The notes under the pieces: model-generated | The model's database searches: none | What the model was told of the DNA's origin: nothing | Seen by the model: only the letters and a program-made list of their open reading frames with translations | Shown: piece after piece, positions 54,001 through 64,000 of the stretch | Numbering within the stretch: the stretch's first letter is position 1 | How the letters are laid out: every line of letters begins with the position of its first letter | Assembly (NCBI RefSeq): GCF_009914755.1 | Contig: NC_060926.1 | Reading direction: 5' to 3' (one strand) | Source: the human T2T-CHM13v2.0 reference genome, Homo sapiens | DNA: 64,000 bases | Position numbers and translations under genes: made by a program

Positions 54001-54115
54001 AGGGCTCCCAACCCGTCCCAGGCCACCCACAGTGCAGCCTGGATAGCGCACTTACCCCAACGCCTTTCTACGCTCTGGCTGGCTGCAGTGTCCATCGCTG
54101 CCACCAACCACAAAC
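51100..54115. repeat. REP522-like repeat (units cagtgcagcccc..gatagc...caacc, about 50 bp), split by an L1
   Basis: Unit clusters at about 51875-52200 and 53625-54060; family name is from a recalled consensus. Confidence 0.6.
52350..53624 (+). mobile_element. L1 ORF2 internal fragment (degenerate)
   Basis: Peptide ...KFLDAYNLLRLNNENIQDQNRLVTSNEIEAIRKSLPVKKSPGTD; gcaaaaatcctcaacaaaatac; catgatcaagtggga. Confidence 0.9.
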
Positions 54116-54134
54116 AGGGCTGCAAACAGGAAGG

Positions 54135-54732
54135 ATTTTATTCACCGTCCATGCGGCCCCGAGTTGTCCCAAAGCGAGGCAGTGCCCCCAAGGTCTGTGC
54201 AGAGCAGAACGCAGCTCCGCCCTCGCGGTGCCACCGGCCCGCCCGCCCGGGTCTCTGCTGAGGAGAACATTGCTCTGCCTTCGCTGTATCTCCGAAGTCT
54301 GTGCAGAGGAGAACTCAGCTCCGCCCTCGCAATGCTCTCCGGGTCTGTGCTGAGGAGAACGCAGCTCCGCCCTCGCAAAGGCACACAGCGCTGGCGCCGG
54401 CGAGGCGGAGAGGCGGCCAGCGGCGGAGAGGCGGCCACCGGCGGCGCGGCGGAGAGGCGGACAGCGGCGGCGCGGCGGAGAGACGGACAGCGGCGGCGCG
54501 GCGGAGAGACGGACAGCGGCGGAGAGGCAGACAGCGGCAGCGCGGCGGAGAGGCGGCCAGCGGCGGAGAGGCGGACAGCGGCGGAGAGGCGGACAGCGGC
54601 GGCGCGGCGGAGAGACGGACAGCGGCGGAGAGGCAGACAGCGGCGGCGAGGCGCGCAGCGGCGGCGAGGCGCGCAGCGGCGGCGCAGGCGCGGAGAGGCG
54701 CTGGCGCCGGCTCTGGCGCGGAGAGGCGCAGG
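54135..54732. repeat. TAR1 telomere-associated repeat plus a CpG-rich 18/26-bp VNTR (54405-54730)
   Basis: gtctgtgctgaggagaacgcagctccgccctcgc and ccggcccgcccgcccgggtct match the subtelomeric TAR1/61-bp repeat; units cagcggcggagaggcgga follow. Confidence 0.85.
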
Positions 54733-55200
54733 CCCAGGCTCCACTCCCCAGCTGTGAAAGGGTAAGAACCGAGGGTGGCTGAGACTCGGGGTTGTTCAGG
54801 GCGGGGTGGGCTCTGGACCCAGCAGGCCCGGCACCCAGGTCAGGGCTCCAGGGGAGGCCAGGTGGGCGAAGGCCAAGAAGGGGCTGGGGCTGGTCAGGAA
54901 GGGCTCCTGGTGACCAGAGCACTTTGCGTGAGCCAGCGTGGGAGGAAGGTGGGCTGGATGAGCCAGGGAGGCGCCGGGAGGGGCCTTGGCAGAGGCGACC
55001 CCCTCCGTCACCCGCAGGCCACTGAACCCTGGGTAGCGAGAACCGACAGGGGAGGCTGCAGACAGAGGAGTGGAGGCTCCCCTGCTTTGGGGGCTCTGAG
55101 TAGAAGCATCTAGGGGGTCCCTCAAGAGGCCCCCAAACGCTTCCCCATGGTGAGAAAAGAAGGCGCAGAGAGGGGCACGGCGCCGGTGCAGAGGGGCACA
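54150..55200. promoter_or_regulatory. CpG island and probable promoter with a + strand first-exon donor (GG|GTAAGA at 54761/54762)
   Basis: Very high CpG density; strong consensus 5' splice site just downstream of the VNTR. Confidence 0.5.
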
Positions 55201-55374
55201 CAGCGAGATTTGCTGTGAGTTCTTTTATTGCCCCAAGTGTACCTCATCTTGGTAGATTTCTATTGGCTTTAAAAATGTGTGTGTTTTGCTGTTGGAGAGT
55301 GGGGTATTATACGGATGTCAGATTTTGCTGGTTGACTGTTCAGATCTTTTGTAAATCCTTGCTCCTTTTCTGCC

Positions 55375-55644
55375 TAGTTTCACTCTGTCACTTACACTAG
55401 AGTGCGGTGGCACGAACATGACTCACTGCAGCCTTGACTTCCTAGGGTCAAGTACTTCCCCTGGCTTAACTTCCTGAGTAGCTGGTACTATAGGTGTGTG
55501 CTGCCACACCTGGCTAAATTTAAAATTTTTTGGAGAGATGAGGCCTTGCTATGTTGCCCAGGCTCGAACTCCTGGCCTCAAGCTATCCTTTGTTTTTGCC
55601 TCCCAGAGTTCTGGGATTACAGGCATGAGCCATTGTGCCCGGCC
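55375..55644 (-). mobile_element. AluJ-like element (antisense)
   Basis: actcactgcagccttgacttcc...gaactcctggcctcaagc...gagccattgtgcccggcc. Confidence 0.8.
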
Positions 55645-55759
55645 TCTGCCTAGTTTTAACAGTTGCTAAGAGGAGGATGTTGAAGTAGATGTCTTCTTGG
55701 TGGGTTAATCCTTTTGTCATTAAGCAGTTGTTATGGTCACTTCCTTTTCACCCCATTGG

Positions 55760-56240
55760 TGAAGGAGGGGTCCCTGCCCTAAAGTGTATGAGATGGCCGA
55801 ACACGACACCTGGCGTGGATGGATGAGATTGACAGCAGTGTTTTAGTCGCATATACCCACAGCTCGGAGGAGGACACTGCATGCCACACAGGGTCAGATG
55901 GGCACCGCACTCTGTAGTGGAGTGAGGGCTGCGGGCTGAAGAAGCAGGCGGGCTTGGTAGTAACAAGAGCACACGATGACCAATGGTTCCTGAGGGGGAA
56001 TGCAATTGGCTTGTTTGAATAAATTCATGGGCTGGCAGACAGGTGAAGTGAAACTTCTTAGGCTGAGGTGCAACTGTTCTGGCTGATAAAAGAACTAGCC
56101 AGGTGGGGAGCCTTTCCTGTTGGGTGGCGGGGTAGGGGGTGTCTGGTAGAAACAGGAAAACCCACGGCTAGGCCTTTGGGGCCCTGTGAGGCTCAAAGAT
56201 GTCAAGGCAGCATAGGAAATTTTAGATCTTAAAATTCAGC
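55760..56240. mobile_element. LTR-like element (family uncertain)
   Basis: ggatgagattgacagcagtg...agtcgcatatacccacagc resembles recalled MER76-type LTRs. Confidence 0.4.
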
Positions 56241-56269
56241 GAAGACCCTCTCCAGCTCTGGTAAATTAT

Positions 56270-57110
56270 TTTGCTTGAAGTCTACTTCATGAAATATTAA
56301 TATAGTCACTCCTGCTTCCTTAAAAAATTAATGATTTCACAGGATATCTTTCTCCATTCTTTTACTTTCAACCTACTTAGGTCCTTAAGTGAGTTTGAAG
56401 TTTCTCATGAACAGTATTTAGTTGGGCCATGTGTTTATTATAGGCTCTCCATCAATCTGTCTTTTGGTTTATTTAGACCATTTACATTTAAGGTGCTTAT
56501 TGTTACATAATTGCTTATGTCTGATGTTTTTATTATTTGCTTTTTTGTTTCCTTTTTCTTTCCCTCCATCTTGATCTATTTCTGTATAATGTTGTTGCGT
56601 GTATCTCTTTGTATAGTCTTAAAGTGTTTGCTCTGGATGTTACAATATGTGTATTGTAATATAGTAGTCTACTGGTACCAGTATTTACCACTTCAAAGTG
56701 TGGAAACCTGCCTTGCATTTATGTCTCTTTACCTTTTCCACTTGTATAAATCACTGGCTTGAGTATTAGGTGGTGGTATAGTTTTTGTTTCAGTCGTCAG
56801 ATGTGATTTTAAGAACTGTGGATTGTCTCGCGTATGTATCCACATTTCTCGTCTTTCCTTTGTCCCTCCTCCCATAGTCCCATATTCATCCCTTCTGCAT
56901 AAGAACTTTCTATAGCCATTTTTTTATTTTGATTTTTTTGTTTTAATTTTTTGTATTGTGGAAATGACAGAACATATTTCCGTAGCCACTTTTTAGCATT
57001 TCTAAATTGACCAGTGACAAATTCCTATATTCTCTTCCTCTGAGAATGTCTTTATTTCTCTCTTCATTTCTGAAGGGTAGTTTCATGGGATATAGAATTT
57101 GCCTTTCATG
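56270..57110 (-). mobile_element. Old L1M fragments (antisense)
   Basis: tttactttcaaccta, tttagaccatttacatttaagg, tctgagaatgtctttatttc...ggatatagaatt. Confidence 0.7.
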
Positions 57111-57439
57111 TATTCAGAGGTTTTCAGTATTCGTATAATCAAACCTGATAGTTTTCCTTTTGGTTTTGAGGTTGTGTCTTGTTTGGGTGAGTCTCCTACT
57201 CCTTTGACTACAGAAATGCCCTTTCATTTTAAATATCCTCCTATTATGAAACACATTTCCACATTTTCTAAATTTTTAATTTTTAGCTGAGAAATAAATT
57301 AGTAATTATTTAAGTATTAATTACTTTTATCTTGTTATTAATTATTGGTTTTATTTATTTACATGTAGTTGGCTTACATTTAGTTTAGTTTAACTTAATT
57401 ACTTTAAAGTAATGTATAAATATCTGCAGTTTGTACCTC

Positions 57440-57700
57440 ATGTTCTCACTCATAAGTGGGAGCTGAACAATGAGAACACGTAGACACAGGGAGGGGAACA
57501 TCACACACCAGGTTCTATCCAGGGGTTGGGGGCAAGGGAAAGGAGAGCATTATGACAAATACCTAATGCATGCAGGGCTTAAAACCTAGATGACAAATTG
57601 ATAGGTGCAGCAAACCACCATGGCACATGTATACCTATGTAATAAACCTACATGTTCTGCACATGTATCCCAGAACTTAAAGTAAAATTTTTTAAAAAAA
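57440..57700 (+). mobile_element. L1PA 3' UTR end
   Basis: atgttctcactcataagtgggag...cagaacttaaagtaaaa. Confidence 0.9.
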
Positions 57701-58839
57701 TAATTAATTAAAAACATATATCTTCAGTTTGTAAACATCCCGACAACACAGGAACAGAGTTAAAAGAGTGTGTGTCGTCCTTAGCTGCTCCCACCCCATC
57801 GTCTCCTCCCTAGCCAACCCAGCCGCCAGTCTGGCGTGCGCCTTCAAGGTTTCTTCCTAGACACTGGCAAACATAGATCACTATTTTCTGCCACATGGTA
57901 TCTTTTAAACACACACGACTGTTTTGTGCAGAAACTTTCTATTTTTACCTCTCATAAGTGTCCTGTGGATTCTTTCCATGTCACTGTGGTGTGTGTGCAT
58001 GTGTGAGATTCAAGTTCAGCTTGCTAATCTTGTAGAAAGAATTACACTCCACTTCCCCTGTGCTCTGGCCCTCCCTAACACAGCAGCCCATCCCTGGAGG
58101 CTGATGGAGCCCCTCGAGCACCTGCTTACCATTTCTGTTTGTTCTGTTTATTCAGGTTTTCTGCCTCCTGCTAAGCCAATTTATACATTCCAAGAAAATC
58201 TTCCATTTCATCCAGGTGAAACAGAACCTACTGGAATGAAGCTGGCCTCCCATGGAATGAAGCTGGCCTCCCGTCTCCTTGATTTGAAGCAGCTTCTGCA
58301 CGTTGGTTATTATGCCATTTTTCTAAATCTAACATTTTAAAATTTGTGCCTTTTCTTTCTCTTTTGCTTGACTTCTCAGAGGTTTTTTTAACGGTCTTTT
58401 CAAAGAAGTGGTTTTGGGTTTTATTTATCAAGTCTACTTTTATTATGGCTGTTTTAAAATTAAATACATTTATTTCTTGTTTCCCTTAAAAAAGCTTCTT
58501 GTATGTTTACTTAGTTTATATAATTTTATGTCTTCTGTTGAAGCATATTAACAAACACTTCCAGCTATAACGTTTCCCCTGAGAACTGCTTTGGACACAT
58601 CCAGAGATTTTGATAGGTCACACACTTATTGTAGTTTGTTTCTGAAAAGTTTTTCATTTTAGTTTTTATTTTCTCTTTTACTCAAATTATCATGAGCTTT
58701 CTCCTTTTATCCTGTTTCTGACAAATTAATCTGAGGATATAAATTTCTCCCTAAATGTCAATTTTCTTGAGTTTCATAATTTTAATATGTAATACCCTAT
58801 TGCTATTGAGTTCCAGGCATTTTAAAATTTTCATTGTGA

Positions 58840-59163
<324 letters not shown>

Positions 59164-60034
59164 CCAAAATGCACTTTTAACATGGTCTTTGTTATTGCAT
59201 GTTTCTAATTTTGTTGCACCCTGGTGAGAGAATGTGATTTGTGTAACAGCAATTCTTGGGAAAGGGGCTGAGGCTTCCTGCTCCTTTAGCACAGCTAAAT
59301 TTTCCCAAACGCCATCCATGAGCTTGGAAAGAGCATTGTACTCTGTTGGGATGGGCTCAAATCTCTCTGTAAAAATGAGTGTTCTTCTGTTGTTGTTGTT
59401 CTGTTTTTTGTTTGTTTTGTTTTGTTTGTTTTTTGTCTCAGTCATTTTGTTTCCTCAGATCTTTTGATGATCCGGATGATCTTTTAATTTATGCAGGATG
59501 TTTCTCTGCTTGTGCAGGCTGGTGGGATTGGGGACTGGAGAGAGGATAAGTGTCTGCTTGCCCAGGACTGGCAAACTGTCACTTGCCCTGGTTGTGCCTT
59601 GCCAGGAGCTCCCGTGCCTGTCTCTGAGAGTGTCATGAGCGCAGCGGTGGTAGTTGTGTGGTGGATGCATTTCCCCTGGGTTGGGGGGTGGGTGGCTGGT
59701 CCTAGCTCTGTTTGTTGTTGCCGATGAGACACAACACACTTCTGCTTCCTGATGGATCTTGTCGGTCATTTGACTTCTTCCTGGTCTGGGCTCCTGAGCT
59801 GGCCCTCCACAGGCCAAGCAGGAATGGAGCTGGCTGCTACAAGAGTTCCTTCACTAGAGGGCATCTCTCCTCTCTCCTCCCACACATGGGAGCACAAGGG
59901 TGGGCTTTCCTCTGCCCACTGTGATCTGCAGCCCGGCTTTCCCCTCCTCACCCTCTGCTCTCAGACAGACTTGCTTTTCGCTGGTGTCTGTGAGAGGTGA
60001 TGCCTCATGGTGCCAAGAATGTGGATTTTTTTGA

Positions 60035-60620
60035 GAGCAGGCACTCTCACAGATATTTGCACACCCATGTTCAAAGCAGAGTGATTCACAAGAGTCAAAA
60101 GGTAGAAGCATTCTGAGGGTCTATGGGTGAGTGGATGGGCAAGTGAAATGTGGTTATGCATACAGTAGACTGTTACTGAACCTTTACCAGGAAGGAGATT
60201 CTTTTTTTTCTTTCTTTTTGTGGAAAATGCAGTCTTGCTATATTGCCCAGGCAGGTCTCGAACTCCTGGGTTCAAGCTATCTTCCTACCTCTGCCTCCCT
60301 AACAGCTAGGATAATAGGCGTGAGCCTATAATATTACCCAGCCAGGAGGGAAATTCTGAGAGGTGTGCCAACACGCATGAACCTTGAGGACATTGTGCTA
60401 GATGGAATAAGCCAGCCACAAAAGGACAAATACATTGCGATTTCACTTACATGAGGGGCCCAGAATGGGCAAATTCAAATACAGAAAGAGCAATGGTTAA
60501 CAAAAGGAGGGAGTTGGTGTTCAATGGGTATGGTTTCCTTTTGGGAAGATGAAGAAGTTCTGGAAATGGACGGTGGTAGGGGATATGCGACAATGTGAGT
60601 GCACTTAATGCCAGTTATAA
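60035..60620 (+). mobile_element. L1MB-like 3' end with an inserted antisense Alu monomer (about 60205-60340)
   Basis: gatatttgcacacccatgttc...gaaccttgaggacatt...aaggacaaatac...gatgaagaagttctggaaatggacggtgg. Confidence 0.8.
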
Positions 60621-60882
60621 CACGGGGAGTGCGTGTGCACACGGCTCTGGGAGTTCTCGTGCAGCACTCAGAGCTCAGCGTGGGCGAGGGCGTCACCCCT
60701 CTGGGGGTGTCCATGGGGCCTTGGAGAAGGGAGGCTCCGGGGCACCAGAGCAGTCTACCAGGAGAGGCCGGGCCGAGCGCTTGTTCACCCCCAGCCCTCT
60801 TAGGGAACTTTCACATGCTTCTCCCACTAAGCCTAGGCACCCCTCCCTACCCTCCCTACTCTCCTGGTTCCCTGACCCTCAG

Positions 60883-61245
60883 TGACTGTGTCCTTCAAGA
60901 CTGAACTCCAGAGTCCCCACCGGAGGACCCGCAGTGCCCAGCCCCCGCGAGCTCGCGGGGTGTATGCCCACCCCGAGGCTCCACTGCACCTGTGTGCTGG
61001 GAAGCCTGGCTCCATGGGACCCTCGGGCTCTGGGTGCGCCGTCGCTGCAGCTGCCAGCAGCTCCTGAGGAAGTGGCTCGAGGCCCTGTGGCGGGCCAGGC
61101 GTGCGGTGGGCCCGCAGCCCTCACACCGGCCCCGGCCGCACACAGGAGGCGCAATCAGCAGAGACGTTGGACAGGGTTGGACACTGGCTGTCTCTTTCGG
61201 GCCTCGGTTTTCACGTCTGAAATAAAAGGGAGCATCCTGGCCCTG
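60883..61245 (+). other. Possible duplicated terminal exon of an unidentified gene
   Basis: Pyrimidine tract plus AG at 60881-60882, open frame to TGA at 61067, AATAAA at 61221. Confidence 0.3.
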
Positions 61246-63639
61246 GCGCCGTGCTTCTGCCGCGGTAGAGGTTTCCACCCCTATGAGCCCAGTGCGCCTT
61301 CCAGGCTCGAGGGAGAGGGAGTGTGCGTGCGTGTGAACGCGTCACACTCTTGTGTGAACGCGTCATACGCTTGTGAAAGACTGTGCGTGTGCACACGCGT
61401 GTACGTGCATGTGAATGCGTCAGGGTGCCTGAGGATGCACACATGCACGTGTGAGTGTGCGTGAGTGCGTGCTCAGAGGACAGCTCTCAGCAGGCTGGGG
61501 ACCTCCTTCCTCTCACCCCTGAGGGTTTTGGGGGACCAGCCCCCGTCTCCGGGTGCTGTGGGATGCCCTGGGGCGAGCTCGCACCGCTATGCTCGGGCTC
61601 CGGCTTTGTGGGGACCCGGCCTTCCCGGCCCGCACCATGGGGAGTTCCACGCAGCACCCACGAGGTGGCGCCGCAGACTCGCTACGGCGGAGCGCGGCGG
61701 CTCCCGGCTCCCAGCAGCCTTGCCTACAGCTGTGGCCAGGGCGATCCCTCTCAGGCCCAGGCCGCTGCTGCCAGGAAGAGCAGGAACAACAGCCAGTCAC
61801 GCCTGGTGATGCCTCTGAAGTGCTTATGCTCCCAGGCATGGGCTGACCGCAACGTGCATTCTCTCCTTTTATGCCCCTACTATTTGGAACGCTGTATTTT
61901 TTCATTTTTATTTTTATTTTTTGTTGTAAATCTGCCACTTAAAAATACCCAGGGTGGAGCTAAAAGTACAGACACTGCTCAACTTACCCCTGGCTGCGGC
62001 CCAATAAGGCCGCTGCGAGTGGAAAATGACTGAGTCCACCTGACTACCGAATAGCACAGCGTGGGGGGGCCCACCTTGGCCTGCTGAGAACACGGCCCTG
62101 AGCCTGCGGTGGGCAGAAGCATCAACACGAAGCCTGTTTTGTAGTCAAGTGTCGGATACCTCATGTAATCATTGACTGCTGTACTGAAAGTGAAAAACTG
62201 GCCTTGTGGGACTCACACGAGGGTTTCTGCTGACTGTGGATGGCTTTTGCATCACTATAAAGTTGAAAACTGTTAAGTGGAACTGCGGTAAGTCGGGTCT
62301 GTGTGCACTAGAGACCTGAGTTCTGCCGCTCCATAGCTGTGTGACTTTGGACACATATTTGAGCCTGAGTGTCTTCCACACAAAATGGATTTCTTAGCAT
62401 AACCTACACTTGTGTACGTGCCCGTGAGCGTGCACGTGTGTGTTTGCATGAACACATCTGTGTATGCACGAGTGTGTGCACATTTGTATGTGTCTGTGTA
62501 AGTCCATATGTTCATTTGTGTGCATGTCTGTGTGTGCATATGTTTGTATGTGTGTGTGCTATGCATGTGTGTGTTAAGGCCCTGGGGTGGAGCTGAGAAG
62601 TTGAGGGGAGATGCTGGGAGGGCAGCCAGCACCAGGCGTTTGTTGGCCAGGAGAGAAGCTGCCATCCAGGTGCACTCTGGAGCTCGTGCTTCAGTGGCAC
62701 AAGGCTTTGGGAGTGAGGAAGCTGGGGGCTGGGGCAGGGCAGTCCTGCACCTCAGGGGAGGTGCAGAGTGAGGCCAGGAGGATGGAAAGAGTGCCAGAGA
62801 ATGGGGGAAATCTGAGGCATCAGGAAAGGAAGACACAGGCCATGGAGAGGGTAGCTGGGCCCTGGGTGAGGACGGCCCTCAGGAAGGAGGTGCCACAGGC
62901 AGGGGAGTGCCCAGATGGAGAGCCCAGGGGTATGGACCCACGGGTGTATGACAGTGGGGGTACTCCTGAAACAGAGCAGTGTTATCCAACAAGCAGGGTT
63001 GGGACAACTAGTTATTTCATTTAAAAAAACAGGTCAATGTCAGTCCTCATACTGTGCTTTAAAATAAGCTCCAGATGGACTCATGTTTTACATGTAAAGA
63101 AACGAAGGCAAAAAGAAAATAAAGAAAAGGCTTGTAAGCAGGTAGTTAATTGGAGGCAATCCCAGGATGCAGGAGAGAGGGGATGGAGCCACAGCAGGTC
63201 TGGGGAAGTGAGAGAAGCCGGCCCCGAGACCATGGCCCGAGGACCCATTCAGGCCAGCAGTGCCTTCTGTGCACTTCCACAAGGTTACACGTTCTTCCAA
63301 AGTTGCCATCATGGAGAGATAGGCTTCCACGTAGTCTTGACTCCACTGGATTTCAGTCCTTAGGTGACTTTTCCTGTGATCACACTCAGCCCTGATACAG
63401 TCATTGCTGGGGCCTCCCCTGGCTGGACGTTCCTCTTTTGGTCCACATTCTTTCCTCCTGCCCCGAGACTGGCCATGGGCCTCCCGAAGGCTAGCTGGGA
63501 GGACCTCCCTTCCACGGCTGTGCTCTTGCTCTGCCCATGCTGTCGCCTCCATCTCCACCTCCCTCTCCATCCTCACCACCAGCCCTCGAGTCAGTGGGGA
63601 GCTTTCCACTCACCAAGCCCAGGCAAGTGCATCGCGTGA

Positions 63640-64000
<361 letters not shown>

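Noticed and set aside
54068-55201. 377-aa and about 200-aa Arg/Ala/Pro-rich ORFs over the CpG island
   Set aside because: Stop-poor GC-rich VNTR that is open in several frames; no domain recognised.

Overview
Repeat-dense primate DNA, very likely human because a near-consensus AluYa5 is present. The mosaic layout is typical of a pericentromeric or acrocentric segmental-duplication block, and no intact protein-coding gene is supported. From left to right: (1) a (TGGC/TGGCT)n satellite, a 7.6-kb head-to-tail array of about 30 truncated antisense Alu monomers, and a second (TGGC/TGGCT)n block; (2) AT-rich and Alu/L1-rich DNA with many local tandem and inverted duplications, including an L1-derived tandem array; (3) an AT-rich 32-38 kb segment whose minus-strand exon remnants, by my manual splicing, reconstruct a decayed IZUMO1-like gene (Izumo domain plus Ig domain); (4) a (CATTT/CATCT)n satellite, CAGGG-type G-rich arrays, and a REP522-like plus TAR1 subtelomeric cassette with no telomere repeat; (5) intron-like DNA with a possible orphan terminal exon. 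Repeat-family names and protein comparisons come from recalled consensus sequences, not from searches.
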